Made by a program: the position numbers and the translations under genes. A stretch of 64,000 nt of DNA from assembly GCF_035084215.1 (NCBI RefSeq), contig NC_090344.1, positions 39,680,001-39,744,000 on the forward strand. Reading direction: 5' to 3'. This document shows positions 49,491 to 62,142 of the stretch, in pieces. Positions within the stretch are counted from its first letter, which is position 1; each line of letters begins with the position of its first letter. The notes beneath the pieces are model-generated. The model searched no databases. It was given only the letters and a program-made list of their open reading frames with translations, and was not told where the DNA came from. The stretch comes from Heptranchias perlo (Eukaryota).

Positions 49491-49910
49491 AGAATAACGG
49501 ATACCTGTAAGTGAGTTACAGGCTGGAATCTAATTGAGGGGTTTAGATGGTTTATATATAGAATAACGGATACCCGTAAGTGAGTTACAGGCTGGAATCC
49601 AATTGGGGGGTTCAGATGATTTATATATAGAATAATGGATAACTGGGCGTGAGTTACAGGCTGGAATCCAATTGAGGGGTTTAGATGGTTTATATATAGA
49701 ATAATGGATAACTGGGAGTGAGTTCCAGGCTGGAAGCCAATTGAGGGGTTTGGATGGTTTATATATACAATAATGGATACTTGGGAGTGAGTTACAGGCT
49801 GGAATCTAACCAAGGGGTTCGGATGGTTTATATATAGAATAATGGATATCTGGGAGTGAGTTACAGGCTGGAATCTAATCGAGGGGTTCAGATGGTTTAT
49901 ATATAGAATA
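49491..49910. repeat. 69-bp minisatellite, about 6 copies
   Basis: Unit approximately AGAATAACGGATACCTGGGAGTGAGTTACAGGCTGGAATCTAATTGAGGGGTTTAGATGGTTTATATAT. It produces the 23-aa repeat in ORF 49385..49957. Confidence 0.93.
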
Positions 49911-50311
49911 ATGTGGACAAAGTGTATGAATGGGACCCGGTGATACATGACAGGCACTGCATTGTCACCAAATCACTGATAATAGCAGTGAATATGAGAA
50001 TTCACAGTTTTGTAAAATATGAAATTGCATAAACTTACCGCATAAATTTACATGCAGTGATATTTTTTAATATGTGACAGGAAAAGCCAATTTTGAAAGG
50101 TGCAAGGGGCAGTCTGATACCGTCACTGTCATTCCTTCCATAATACCTTTTGCAGGTTGAGTTGAATATTAATCAGAGAGCATTTGATGGCACGATCTGG
50201 AGGCTGAGAGCATTATATGAGTGAATTTTAATATTGATGGAACAATTACAGGATGTTAAACTGAAGGAATTTGAATATATTAGAGGATTAAGTACTGTAC
50301 ATTTTAAAGAA

Positions 50312-50635
50312 AAGAATCTTGCATTTATGTAACACTTTATTATGGCTCTCAGAAATGTTTCAGAGTGACTTACACAATGAATTACTTTTGGAGTGCAGTG
50401 ATTTTTATTATGCAGCTAAATTTGGCAGCTATTTTGTGCACAGCAAAACCCCATAAACAGCAATGAAGTGGCTGGTCAATTGATCTCTTTTTGTGATGGT
50501 ATTGGTTGAATTGGTGATGTTTTCCAGAACACTGGGAGTGCTCCCTGTTCTTTGTATCGTGCCGGGGGATTTTTAACATCCACCTGAATCTGGAGCAGGC
50601 AGACTTAGTTTAATATCTCACCTGAAGGGCAACAC
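50312..50635 (-). mobile_element. Deu-type SINE (family A), degenerate
   Basis: cttgcatttatgtaacact tail; tgtgcacagcaaaacccataaacagcaatga core. Confidence 0.65.
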
Positions 50636-51061
50636 GTGCCATTTTAAACAGAGAATCTTGCAACTTTTACATTATGATATCACATAGTGCTTTAAAGTAT
50701 AATTTTTCATTCTTCAGCTTAATACATCCAATGTTTCTTAATACTACAGACAACTATGCTTGGAACAACATCCCATTCCTGCACTTCAACTTAGATTGGG
50801 CATTGAACGAGTAAGTCAATATTATACCACACTCCTTCTGTGTTAGGTAGAGCAAACTGAAATAGTAGGAATCTGCAATAGAGAAGCAACAAAGCCATTC
50901 TTTTAATAATGTGTTGCGCAGTTTAATTTCCTCTGGTAGAGCGTTTCTTAACATTCTCTCATAAAATTTATTTCTGTCCTAAAAGAGTCAGAGACTGCGT
51001 TAAAACAGCACACAATTCCACTTGCATAGATCAAGCAGTGTGTGCTCCCAGAGGAAATTAG

Positions 51062-51232
51062 ATCCTCTCATTAATAGTATAGAAACCTACCTGTTTGGCT
51101 ATGCTTTTGGTCACCTGCCCTAATATCTCCTTATGTGGCTTGGTGTCAAATTTTGTTTGATAATCGCTCCTGTGAAGTGCCTTGGGATGTTTTACTACAT
51201 TAAAGGCGCGATATAAATGCAAGTTATTGTGA
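51062..51232 (+). mobile_element. L2 3'UTR/tail
   Basis: gcttttggtcacctgccctaata...tgtgaagtgccttgggatgttttactacattaaaggcgcgatataaatgcaagtt. Confidence 0.75.
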
Positions 51233-51849
51233 TGTCTACAGAGCAACTTACACAGATCTGTGAGTTCCATTTTCAACCTTTGTGATACTAGCACACTTTT
51301 GTTCTGGTGTGACAGTGGAACTAAGCACATTTCAGCTTTTTAATGAATGGATGTCAGGACAGATAAAAAGTGTACATGTACAGAATAGATGGAAGTGATT
51401 GATCTTGATCCATCTTGCCTCTGCAATCATCTGCAGCTCTCTGTTCCACCGCACACCCTCTGCTTTTCTGACTTTGGATTACTGCTGGTCACAGTGTGTG
51501 ACCCTCCCCTCACTTGTTGATGGCAGAACCTTCAGCCACCAGAGCCCTACCCTCTGGACCCCTCACACTATACCCCAGCCCTCTCTTCCCTCTTTCATAA
51601 ATGTCCTCAAATCCTTCTGCTTTACTTGCTTCTGTAGTCATCTTCTGGAACTTCTCTCCCACTTCCTGCTCAGCATCTCCAATCTCTTGGAAAGCACTTT
51701 GGGATGTTTGTTACTTGAGAGATGCTGCATAAGTGTAAGGGACTTAGGTGGTATTTTGAACGGCAGGATTGCAGCTGAAGAGTTCCCTGTTATTGCAAAC
51801 AGGAGAAGAGATTATTTTGGTTGGAATCACTCACACCCACCCATTCATT

Positions 51850-51968
51850 GGGGTAGATCTTGACTTTAGGTAGACTTCAATGGAAATGAAAATGGGAAGA
51901 GATGTGAGATGGCCTGCTGACTCTCTATCACCCGTTTTACTCTATAGCACAAAGTCAAGATCTACCCC
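51850..51968. mobile_element. 119-bp MITE (PIF/Harbinger-like)
   Basis: Perfect 18-bp TIRs GGGGTAGATCTTGACTTT / AAAGTCAAGATCTACCCC, flanked by ATT at 51847-51849 and 51969-51971. Confidence 0.8.
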
Positions 51969-52634
51969 ATTATATTTAAGAAACTTGTGTTACTTACAAC
52001 ATTGCTGAAGGGTTGTGCAAGACTGCATTTAACTTGGAAAGTGGATTAATTGAAAATAACAGTGCAGTAGGAATTATATGCATAATATTGCTGTGCATAT
52101 TCTGAAGTTTTAAATAAGTGAGACAAGTTGAAGGAATCTGGATACTGTGACTTCAGGGATGAAAGTGGTCTGATGAGAGGGAAGTCACGTTGATCATGAT
52201 TAATGCAAAAAGTTTTTTCTCACCATATTGTAATGCAAGATATCTTGAAAGCTAAAAGTATTTCCAAGCCCTCATTTTTATTTCTAGTGTTCTTCACTTT
52301 CCTCTCTTCCTTAAACCGGTTACAGCTCCATGGGTACCGGTGGCCCTTTGGTATCACGCCCAAGTGTCCACTCTTCATCGATGAGCTAGGGTAATGAAGG
52401 TGACACAACCATGAGCGTGTCAGAGCCGAGCCCAATCCTGCTCTCACTCACCATCCACTCTTTCTAGCATGGGTCACTGGGGTGCCATCAGCAGCAGGAA
52501 CTCTGACTGATTTTTAGTCTAACAGCACTGCACCCTGCCTGTGATCAGCGAACGCAGCAGTGATGAAACCTGCAGTCTTTCCCATCTGTATGGCTCAGCA
52601 CCATACTGAATAGTGCAGTTACTAACTGAGCAAT

Positions 52635-53072
52635 CTTTTTTTTCTCATTCTCAGAATGTGGGCCTCGCTGGCAGGGCCAGCATTTATTGCCCATTCCTAG
52701 TTGCCCCTTGAGAAGGTTGTGCTGGGCGTTCTTCTTGAACCACTGCAGTCCGTGTGGTGAAGGTGCTCGCACAGTACCATTAGTTAGGGAGTCCCAGGAT
52801 TTTGACCCAGCGACAACGAAGGAACGGCCAATATATTTCCAAGTCGGGATGGTGTGTGACTTGGAGGGGAACGTGCAGGTGGTGTTGTTCCCATGTGCCT
52901 GCTGCCCTTGTCCTTCTCGGTAGTGGAGGTCGCGGGTTTGGGAGGTGCTGCCGAAGAAGACTTGGTGAGTTGCTGCAGTGCATCCTGTAGATAGTGCACA
53001 CTGAAGTCACGGTGCGCTGGTGGTGGAGGGAGTGAATGTTTAAGCTGTTGGATGGTGGGCCGATCAAACAGC
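52635..53072 (-). mobile_element. Non-LTR retrotransposon 3' end (same family as 18290 and 23522)
   Basis: ORF 52780..53082 LNIHSLHHQRTVTSVCTIYRMHCSNSPSLLRQHLPNPRP, with the shared 3'UTR. Confidence 0.82.
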
Positions 53073-53460
53073 TGAATTTCACTCATATTAGTATTTGATT
53101 GTTTCAAATAGAAATTGAAAATGTTAATTGCTTTGCAGGGTTGGATGCTGGTTAATATTCTTCACATCAGACCCTCCTGTCAGATGCGAATTATGTTCAC
53201 ATCAAAAATTTTTACATATCTCTCCTTGTAATTCTATTAGTGAGCATTAAATGTAGGTCAGGGTTATGTCCTTTTATCGAGTCGTTGGTAATATCGTTTG
53301 GTTATATTACCTTGTTTATTGCTAATAACATTACAAGCCTGGCGTTTCAGTTCATCGAAACCCAGTAAGAAATCTTGACAAATAAAATCACTGCTAACAT
53401 CTCAGCCTTCCGATGAGATGTTTAACTGAGGCCTCGTCTGCCTATTCCGATGGTTTAGAT

Positions 53461-53872
53461 AAAGAAAAAAGACATGCATTTCTATCGCGCTTTTCACGAT
53501 CTCAGGATGTCCCAAAGTGCTTCACAGTCAATGAAGTACTGTCATTGTTGTAATGTAGGAAACAGGGCAGCCAATATTGCGCACAGCAAGGTCCCACAAA
53601 CAGCAATGTGATAATGACTGGTAATCTGTTGTAGTGATGTTAGTTGAGGGATAAATATTGGCCAGGACACTGGTGGGAACTCCCCTGCTCTTCTATTGAA
53701 ATAGTGCCATGGGATCTTCCTACATCCACATGAGAGGGCAGACAGGGCCTCGGTTTAATATTTCACCTGAAAGGTAGCACCTCCGACCGTGCAGCACTCC
53801 CTAGATTACGTGCTCAAGTCTCTGAAGTGGGACCTGAACCGAGAGTGCTACCACTGAGCCACAGCAGATACT
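53461..53872 (-). mobile_element. Well-preserved Deu-type SINE (family A) nested in an older, oppositely oriented copy (about 53400-54075)
   Basis: gcacagcaaggtcccacaaacagcaatgtgataatgac, gagggataaatattggccaggacac, atagtgccatgggatctt, gcacctccgaccgtgcagcactccc. Confidence 0.78.
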
Positions 53873-54688
53873 GTGGACATTAAAGGTGCTGTGACACTAT
53901 TCAAAGGACAACAGGAAGTTCACCCAGTGTCCCGGACAACATTCCTCCTTCACCAACACTGCCAAAAACTGATTGACTGGTTATTCATCCTGCTAAAAGG
54001 GTTGTTGTGTTTTTCTACATAATAACGGTCACTGCACTTCAAAGTAACTAATAGTATGAGAAATACTTAAATGGTTTATTTTCCTTTCCTTCCTTCTTTC
54101 CTTCCTTTTTCCCCTCTACCATCTTACCTTTTTTTTCCTTTCCATGGGCCCAACATTCCTGATTTTGCTTATTTAATCAAAAGCTAGATGTGAGTAAAAA
54201 ATGGTGCAATGTGTATATAAAGTGCTGGTGGATTCTACACCCATGTTTAACATTGCTCTGAGCAGCTCTACACTTCCTAAAAAGGCAGGTGGGGATCATT
54301 GCACGTGTCACACATTAGGCTAGTCAAACTGCATTGCCAGTATAATTTGAAGCACAATTTAAACAGTACTCTGCAGTTTGTGTCTTTAGACCATGGCTAT
54401 GTAGTGATAAATGTAGCATGGCTCAGATTTACGGTTACTCACTAATTACAACATAAAGTACATCAGAGATCAAGTGGGATGCCCACATATTTCTTCTGTA
54501 TCCATTTAACGTTCTGTCAGAGCAATGCATATGGGCTAAAACTAATAGATTTATTTGCAAGTTGAGTAATTCAAAGAAGCAATGAGATACCGAGCAGACA
54601 ATACGAAAACACAATGAAAGTAGAATCAATTCAGAAGGGTTTGAAATATTTTTTTTTAGAATTTTTTTTGAACTTGAACGTGGTGAAA

Positions 54689-54886
54689 GGGGAGACTTTC
54701 CTGGGTTGACGCCCAGGCACAGTGGATTGTCTGTGCACAGTAAAGGAACCCACTTGATTTTCCTCTTTTAATTCAAATAGAAAGAAATTTGGGGAGGTTC
54801 CTTTACAGGCATGTTCTTCGGACCGCCCGATTTTCTGATATTGAGTGCACTCAGCTGATCCAGTGCAGACTCAGGAAAATCTCTCC
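54689..54886. mobile_element. Degenerate palindromic MITE
   Basis: Ends GGGGAGACTTTCCTGGGT / ACTCAGGAAAATCTCTCC are imperfect inverted repeats. An inner pair reads gtaaaggaacc / ggttcctttac. Confidence 0.6.
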
Positions 54887-55574
54887 TGAAAAGTTTGCTT
54901 TGATCACGTGGTTTGTGTGGCTGGAACTACTGTATGTCTTCGAGGACTCATGCAGATGAAAGCAATGGTGTTTTCACAAGTGTCAACTTGTATAATTCTT
55001 ATGCTGTATAACCTGAATGCTTTAACTTTTATCTGAAAGCTGCGTGCAGTAATTTTTTTTTAGTACTGATGCAGTCACCCTTATTCATGAAGAATAAAAA
55101 CATCATCTCCATTTTTTTTTAAAAAAAGCAAAATCCATTATGTGTGAGAATTGCTTTCCTAGTTATTGATTTAATTTGAGATTGAGCTTGTCTCTACAGA
55201 AAATCAAACATCATGGGATCCCATTTGCGTTTACACTGGAATTCTTTCTACATGTCGGACTTTGTGGATAAATTGGGATTTTGTCTCTCTTTAGTGAGAC
55301 ATTATCCACAGCAATATTTTGCTCCATGTTTGAATCTCTCCAAGGCGGCTTCTGTTCTGGTGGTGGTGGCGATCGGGGGGATCAAGGTCATAAGCTGGAG
55401 GGGTCGAGTTTATGATCGTTGAGGGTGGTGGTGGGGTGGCGACCAGCGTGCGATGGCCAAATGCGGCCTGCATGGTTTGAATGTGGTCTCGGGAGGAGCT
55501 TCCTGCCTCCTATATTGGAGGCTGAGGTGCCTGTTTAGCGCCCGGAAAATGGGCTCGTGCTATCAACTTCTCGA

Positions 55575-56345
55575 CCATTGTTTTTGGCCGCCACCACAAA
55601 TTCCGTAACCTCAACCTCGATTCTGCCACCTTCCCCAGCAATTGTCTCGTGCTGAACCGGACTATTCGCAGTTTTGGTGTCCGACTCGACCCTGAGTTGA
55701 GCTTCTAAACTTATATCCTCTTTATCACAAAGACTTATTACTTCCACTTCCAAACATCGCACACCTCTGCCTCAGCCCATCTGCCACTGAAACCCTCAAC
55801 TGTGCCTTTGTCACCACCAGACTTGACTATTCCAATGCTCTCCTGGTTGGCCTCCCATTCTCCGTTCTCTGTAATCTTCAGCTCAACTGGCTGTATCTTA
55901 TCCCACACCAGGTCGCGCTCACCCATCATCCCTGTCCGTTCTGATCTACCTCGGCTCCCGGTCCCCCAACACTTCCAATTTAAAATTCTCATCCTCGCTC
56001 CTCCCTGTGTCTGTAATCTACTTCAGCCCTAAAACCCCCGGCCTGTACTCTCCATTTGTCTGACTCTGGCCCCTTGTGCATTCCCCCCCACCCCCCTCAC
56101 CCCACGATTAGAAACCGTGCCTTCAGCCGTCTAAGCCCCATGCTCTGCAATTCCCTGAACCTGCTCATCCCCCTTTCTTAAGATCCTTCTTAGCACCTAC
56201 CTCTTTGACAAAGCTTTTAGCCACCCCTTCTAATAGGCCCTTCTTTGGCTTGCCATCAATTATGGTCTAATTACCTGCTGTAAAGTGCCTTGCGATGTTT
56301 TTCCAAGTGAAAGGTTCCATATAATGCAAGTTGTTGTTGCTGTTA
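55575..56345 (+). mobile_element. Decayed L2 3' region
   Basis: gaaaccctcaactgtgcctttgtcaccaccagacttgactattccaatgc; PQHFQFKILIL; tail atataatgcaagttgttgttg. Confidence 0.8.
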
Positions 56346-56851
56346 TTGTTCTTGTTGCAATTGGAGCTGAGGCTCCTCGCAGCAGTTTGAGTCTAGTTGT
56401 CCAGTACTGTAAAATGGAAATACATTAATTCAGGACATTTATAATGGCTTCCTTTCAAGTCCACCAATTATCTTTGACAACTATAAAATTTGTAATTAAT
56501 CTTTTGCAAGACCTTTTATCCTTCTCAAAGAGACAAATGCTGTCTCCTGATAGTCCAGGTAATGTACTCATTAGCCCTCAGCTTATTGAAGCCCATTCAG
56601 ATTCAAATAGAAGTTTTAAAAGGTTTAAGTCGGATATTTGATTGTCAATGTGTAACTGGCATGTCCTTAGCACTTATCACAAGGGCTGCTGAATTCATTA
56701 AGTTCTCTGTAAATGAGTGCTCAAACCTTCTAATGAAGCAAATATTTTATGGCATGACTGATATGAATCATTCCATATAAAAACCAGAACAATATTTCAA
56801 TTCCCAGTCTGTTGTGTTAACTGATTGGTGTTCAGGATGATAGAGTTGGCC

Positions 56852-57247
56852 TTTTTTTAAATGATTAATTCTCGGGATATGGCATCGCTGGCAAGGCTGG
56901 CATTTATTGCCCATCCCTAGTTGCCTTTAGGAAGGTAATGATACAACTGAGTGACTTGCTAGGCTACTTTAGAGGGCAGTTAAGAACTGGGGTCACATAT
57001 ATGCCAGACCGGGTAAGGATGGCAGGTTTGCTTCCTTAAAGGACATTAGTGAGCCAGTTGGGTTTTCATGACAATCCAACAGCTTCATGGTTACTTTTGC
57101 TGATACCAGCTTTTCATTTGCTGTTTTTTCTTCAAACTGAATTCAAATGATCAAACTGCCATGGTGGGATTTGAACTCATGTCCTCTAGATTATTAGTGC
57201 AGGTCCTCTGGATTATTAGCCCAGTAACATAACCACTGCTCTACTGT
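56852..57247 (-). mobile_element. tRNA-head SINE (family C)
   Basis: Reverse complement of 44505-44907, including the head (gggatttgaactc, ccagtaacataaccact) and the tail. Confidence 0.78.
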
Positions 57248-57574
57248 ACAGGCTTCAGCTCCTAATTGCTATTCACGGACCCATGCTGGAAAGTGCATGT
57301 GTGGGAACATTTTGTGAGAACAGGATTGTGGTTCAACTGTGATTTGCCCCTGATTGAATGGCCTGATGCCACTAACAGTTGAGGCTTAAAAGCTGGTCAT
57401 TTGGATGAAGTACTTACTACAAGGGGCCAGTACCTGGAACCATACCCCAAAGCATACAACACCTTTAGGAGAAGAAGAAATTGATGGGAGAGAGAAACTG
57501 GGTAATAGACATAAAGAAATGTTGTTCATTAACTCCACATTTAGCTCAATTTCTTATTAGCTTTTATATAGGGT

Positions 57575-58130
57575 ATCAGCTTGGCTTGTTTGGCTCAGAA
57601 GGTTAAGGGTTCAAACTCCATTCGAGGACTTGGGTAGAAAATCTCGAATGATACTCCAGTACAATACTGAGGCATCGTCAGACGTGCTATCCTTTGAATA
57701 AGATCTTAGACTGGTGGTTTGGATGGAGGTTAAAGATCCCATGGCATTCTTTGATGAGGAACAGGGAGTTCTCCTGATATTTTAGCCAACAGGCCTCCCT
57801 CAACTGACATCGCCAAAAACATTGTGGGCGATGTCGTCCTTTAAGGTGAGATGAGGCCCCATCTACCTGTTCTGCTGGCTTCGATCCCATGGCACTATTT
57901 AAAGAAGAATAGAAACATCACTGATGTCTTGGCCAACATTCCCCCCTCAACTAACACTGCTAAAAATAAATTAACAAACCATTCATCTCATTGCTGATGG
58001 TGGGATTTTGCTGTGTGTAAAATGGTTTTTGTCTTTACAACAGTCACACATTTCAAAGTGATTCATTACTTTAAGATGCTTCTGAGAGATGTAATTAGGT
58101 GCTATATAAATGCAGGTCTTTCTTTTCTTT
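57575..58130 (+). mobile_element. Deu-type SINE (family A) with duplicated central segment
   Basis: The segment gatcccatggca...(g)gccaaca...cctcaact occurs twice (about 57735-57810 and 57883-57960). Tail gtgctatataaatgcaggtctttc. Confidence 0.65.
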
Positions 58131-58233
58131 CTTATGAAACTTAAAAACCTGAAGATATATTTCTTGTTGTAAACATTTATCCTGAAAACAATGGCTATTT
58201 TGTATATTTTTGTGGCTTAATTTTGAATTCATG

Positions 58234-58395
58234 TTCATAGAATCATAGAAGGAGCACAGAAGGAGGCCATTCGGCTCATCGTGCCTGTGCTGGCTCTTTG
58301 AAAGAGCTGTCCAGTATAGTCCCACACCCCAGCTTTTTCCCCATAACCCTGCAAATTAGTCCTCTTCAAGTACATGTCCAATTGCCTTTTGAAAC
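58234..58395 (-). mobile_element. CR1 3' end
   Basis: catagaatcataga tail on +. FKRQLDMYLKRTNLQGYGEKAGVWD, near-identical to 12895-13050. Confidence 0.88.
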
Positions 58396-61108
58396 ATGGA
58401 TGTCCAGTCCCTCGACACCTCCAACCCCCACCACAATGGCCTGTGGATCCTCCGCTTCTTCCTTGAACGGAGGCCCAACCAGTCCCCATCCACCACCACC
58501 CTCCTCCGCCTGGCTAAACTTGTTCTTACATTGAACAACTTCTCCTTTGACTCCACTCACTTCCTCCAAATAAAAGGTGTCGCTATGGGAACCCATATGG
58601 GTCCCAGCTATGCCTGCCTTTTTGTGGGATACGCGGAACATTCCTTGTTCCATTCGTACTCAGGTCCCCTCCCTCATCTCTTTTTCCATCATATTGATGA
58701 CTATATTGGTGCCGTATCCTGCTCTCACCCCGAACTGGAAAATGTCATCAACTTTGCTTCCAATTTCCACCCTTCCCTTGCCTTCAGGTGGTCCATCTCC
58801 GATTCCTCCCTTCCCTTCCTCGAGTTCTCTATCTCCATTTCTGGGGATAGGCTGTGAACCAATATCTATTATAAGCCTACCGAACTCCCACAGCTACCTT
58901 GATTACACTTCCTCCCACCCCGCTTCCTCAAAGGACTCTATTCCCTTCTCCCAGTTTCTCCGTCTCCATCGCATCTGTTCTGACGTTACCATCTTCTGCT
59001 CCAATGCTTCCGATGTCTTCCTTTTTCCTCAACCAATGATTCCCCTCCACTGTAGTTGACAGCGCTCTTGACTGTGTCAGTCCTATTTCCCGCATTTCTG
59101 CCCTAGCCCCTTCCCGTCCCTCCCAGGATGATAGGGTCCCTCTTGTCCTCACCTTCCACCCCACCAGCCTCCAGATTCAACATATCATCTCCACCATTTC
59201 CGCCACCTCCGGCGCGAACCCACCACCAAACACATCTTCCCCTCCTCTCCCCTTTCAGCATTCCGAAGGGACCGTTCCCTCCCTGACACCCTAGTCCACT
59301 TTTCCATCAACCCCAATACCCACTCTCCTCCCCACGGCACCTTCCCGTGCGAGTGCAGAAGATGCAACACCTGCCCCTTCACTGCATCCCCTCCCACCGT
59401 CCAGGGCCCCAAACACTCCTTCTAGGTGAAACAGCGATTTACTTGTACTTCTTTCAATTTAGTATACTGTATCCGCTGCTCACAATGCGGTCTCCTCTAC
59501 ACTGGGGAGACCAAATGCAGTCTGGGTGATCGCTTTGCTGAACACTTCCGCTCTGTCCGCAAGTGTGACCCTGACCTGCCGGTCGCTTGCCATTTTAGAT
59601 CTCCTTCCCATTCCTGCTCTGACCTCTCTGTCCTCAGCCTCTTACACTGTTCCAATGAAGCTCAACATAAGCTCGAGGAACAGCACCTCATCTTTCATTT
59701 AGGCACTTTACAACCTTCTGGACTCAACATTGATTTCATTAACTTCAGATCATAACCACTGCTCCCATTTTTTCGGTCTGCTAGTGCTGGTAATGGTTCT
59801 GCTGCTGCCATTTACAGCTACTCCTGATCAATCTTTTGTTTCTTAACCTGCCCCATTACCACCTTCCTTGCCTTGCACCATCATCCCTTTTGTCATTTAA
59901 TCACCCCTGCCCTCTACCTTATCACAGATCTTCCCGTTTGATCTTTCCTCCCCACCCCTCCCTCCCCCCCCCCCTTTCCCTGGCTCTGTAATTGCTCAAA
60001 AACTTTAACTCTTTTAACATCTTCCAGTTCTGACAAAAGGTCTTCGACCTGAAACATTGGGGGTGATTTTAGGAGGCAAATGCGGACGCGTTTGGGGTAG
60101 GGGGGCTCCGAAAATCGGGCAAATCCCTTTCGGGTTCAGAAGTCGGCTTCAACCCGCCGGCTTCTGAGTTTCCCAGGGAACCACCTGTGTGCGCGCGGGT
60201 GACCCGCTAATGGAAGTCCCGCCGGCAATTAAAGCCAGCGGGATGATTGTAATAGAGCCAAATGTACCTCACTGAGGTATTTAAGGCACATTACCTGTGA
60301 CAGATGAAGGGATTAGAAAGATTTTTAACTTACCTGGGCTGCTTGCCCGCCGGATCACGGAAAAAGAAACTAAATAAATTAAATAAAAAAACATGCAATG
60401 AAGTGAAAACACTAAATGCACCTACCTTTGAAACCTGCTCCGATGTCCGATGTCTCCCACTCCGATGTCCCCCTCTTCACCCTCCTGGACACAATGTCCC
60501 CTGATCTCACCCTCCCGATCTTCCCCTGTTCTCCCCCTCTTCACTCTCCCGATGTCCCCCCCAATGTCCCCCCGATCTTACCCTCCCGAACTTCCTCTCT
60601 CCCCCCCCCGATCTTCCCTTCTCCCCCCCAGATCTTCCCCTACCCCCCCAGATCTTCCCCTCCCCCCCGATCTTCCCCCTCCCCCCCCCCCCGGTCTTCC
60701 AGTCCAGCGCCGAATCTTCCATTCTCCCCCCCCCACCCGTCTTCAGTCCAGCGCCGGATGATGTCTGGTTCTCTCTCTTTCTCGCCCCCCCACCCCCCCA
60801 CCCCCCGGCGTTGCAGCTCCTGACGGCAGCCAGCCTGTCAATCAGGTCAGCTGCCGGGCGCGAAGAGGACGTTAACTATTATAAATCAAAGTGCGATCAC
60901 ATCGGAAACGGTAAGTTTGATTCATGCGGGTTTGCCACTCGCCCAATCGCCCCCCCCGCGCCCACTGCTGCCATCCCACCTCCCTGCGAATATCGGCGCC
61001 ATTAACTCTGTTTCTTTCTCCACAGATGCTGCCTGACTTGCTGAGCTTCTCCAGCATTTTCTGTTTTTATTTCAGATTTCCAGCATCTGCAGGACTTTGC
61101 TTTTGCCT
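58396..61108 (+). mobile_element. Decayed Penelope-like element (RT, GIY-YIG endonuclease and 3' terminal region), interrupted by a MITE at 60059-61000
   Basis: RT motifs LVLTLNNFSFDSTHFLQIKGVAMGTHMGPSYACLFVG, HIDD (YIDD-like), LPFLE and SIPFSQFLRLHRICS. Endonuclease FTCTSFNLVYCIRCSQCGLLYTGETKCSLGDRFAEH...LGTLQPSGLNIDF. Stops and frameshifts are present. Confidence 0.92.
60059..61000. mobile_element. GC-rich non-autonomous DNA transposon (Harbinger-like), 942 bp
   Basis: Splits gacctgaaac-att-aactctg of the Penelope tail. ATT is duplicated at 60056-60058 and 61001-61003. Termini are imperfectly inverted (GGGGGTGATTTT vs reverse complement GGCGCCGATATT). Internal cccgatcttccc repeats. Confidence 0.65.
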
Positions 61109-62142
61109 TTTGAAAGTTCTTTCAAGTTCTTTCTTAATATTGCCTCAGAAAGATAATATAGCATTGTATGATGGTGATTGAAACTGTCTCAAGGGTTAAG
61201 CCTAGCAATGATAATTTGTTCTCATGTTGACCATTGTAATCGGCTGTGATGATGTGTCTGAATTTCTACTGAAGTGTATAATCAAAGACATGCTTTGGTA
61301 TGCAAATAGCTGCTTGCAAAAGAAGATTGATCTTGGGTAAGTGATTGTGACATTCAGGCATTATAATTTGAAAATGCCACATTTGTCACTTGTCTTCATC
61401 TGAAATGTTTCCACGTGGTTCAGATGGAAGAAAGCTGAAAATTTCATTTTTGAATAACCGAGAGGAAAAATGCAATTTTTTTTCAACTAACTTCTTTGTA
61501 ACTCAACGAAGCGTGCTTTGAATTGAGATTGTTTTGGTTCAATATTTGACGTGTTGACTCTTGGCCACATAGTTATGACTCGGCTGCAAATGTCATTGTT
61601 TGTGACCTGTGTCTCGTTAAAAAAAGAAAATGACCATCAAATTTCAACATTGAGAGTTGGTGTGCATTTGTGATTGGTGTTTTGAAAATCTACAACAGGA
61701 GGACTAACTACAAACAGAGGAACATAGGAAGCTAGGAACTACAACTGAAAATAGATTACAAGCAAGACTTTGAAGGTGAATCAATCACCACATCACAGTG
61801 ATAGTGATTAACAGACAAGATAATCATTGCCAGTTCACAACAGGAGGCAATGTTCAAGAGACTCCTCCCCCTAACGACCTGCTATTTTGAGAATTGCAAC
61901 AGTTAATGAAGACCCAAGATTCAAACCTCCTGAGCCAATTGTTTTTCATATGCCTTTTCGTTTAAGGGGCAGTGTCATCATCTGAAGCGTTTGTCAATTT
62001 GTTGTTGGTGGGGCAGGGAGAGGACGTTTTCTTCCAATATCCCCAAGTGTTGATGACTGTTGTTATTTTCAATTCTTGTCACCATCTTTGAGTTATGATC
62101 GGAGGTGTATTGCTCAATACTAGGAAATGGTACTGGCTGAAC

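Noticed and set aside
49385-49957. 190-aa repeat protein
   Set aside because: It is the translation of the 69-bp minisatellite plus one palindrome arm.
58396-59755. Active autonomous Penelope element
   Set aside because: It is 5'-truncated, with several stops and frameshifts and an altered RT motif (HIDD).
60416-60823. Proline-rich ORFs
   Set aside because: They come from C-rich low-complexity repeats inside the MITE-like insertion.
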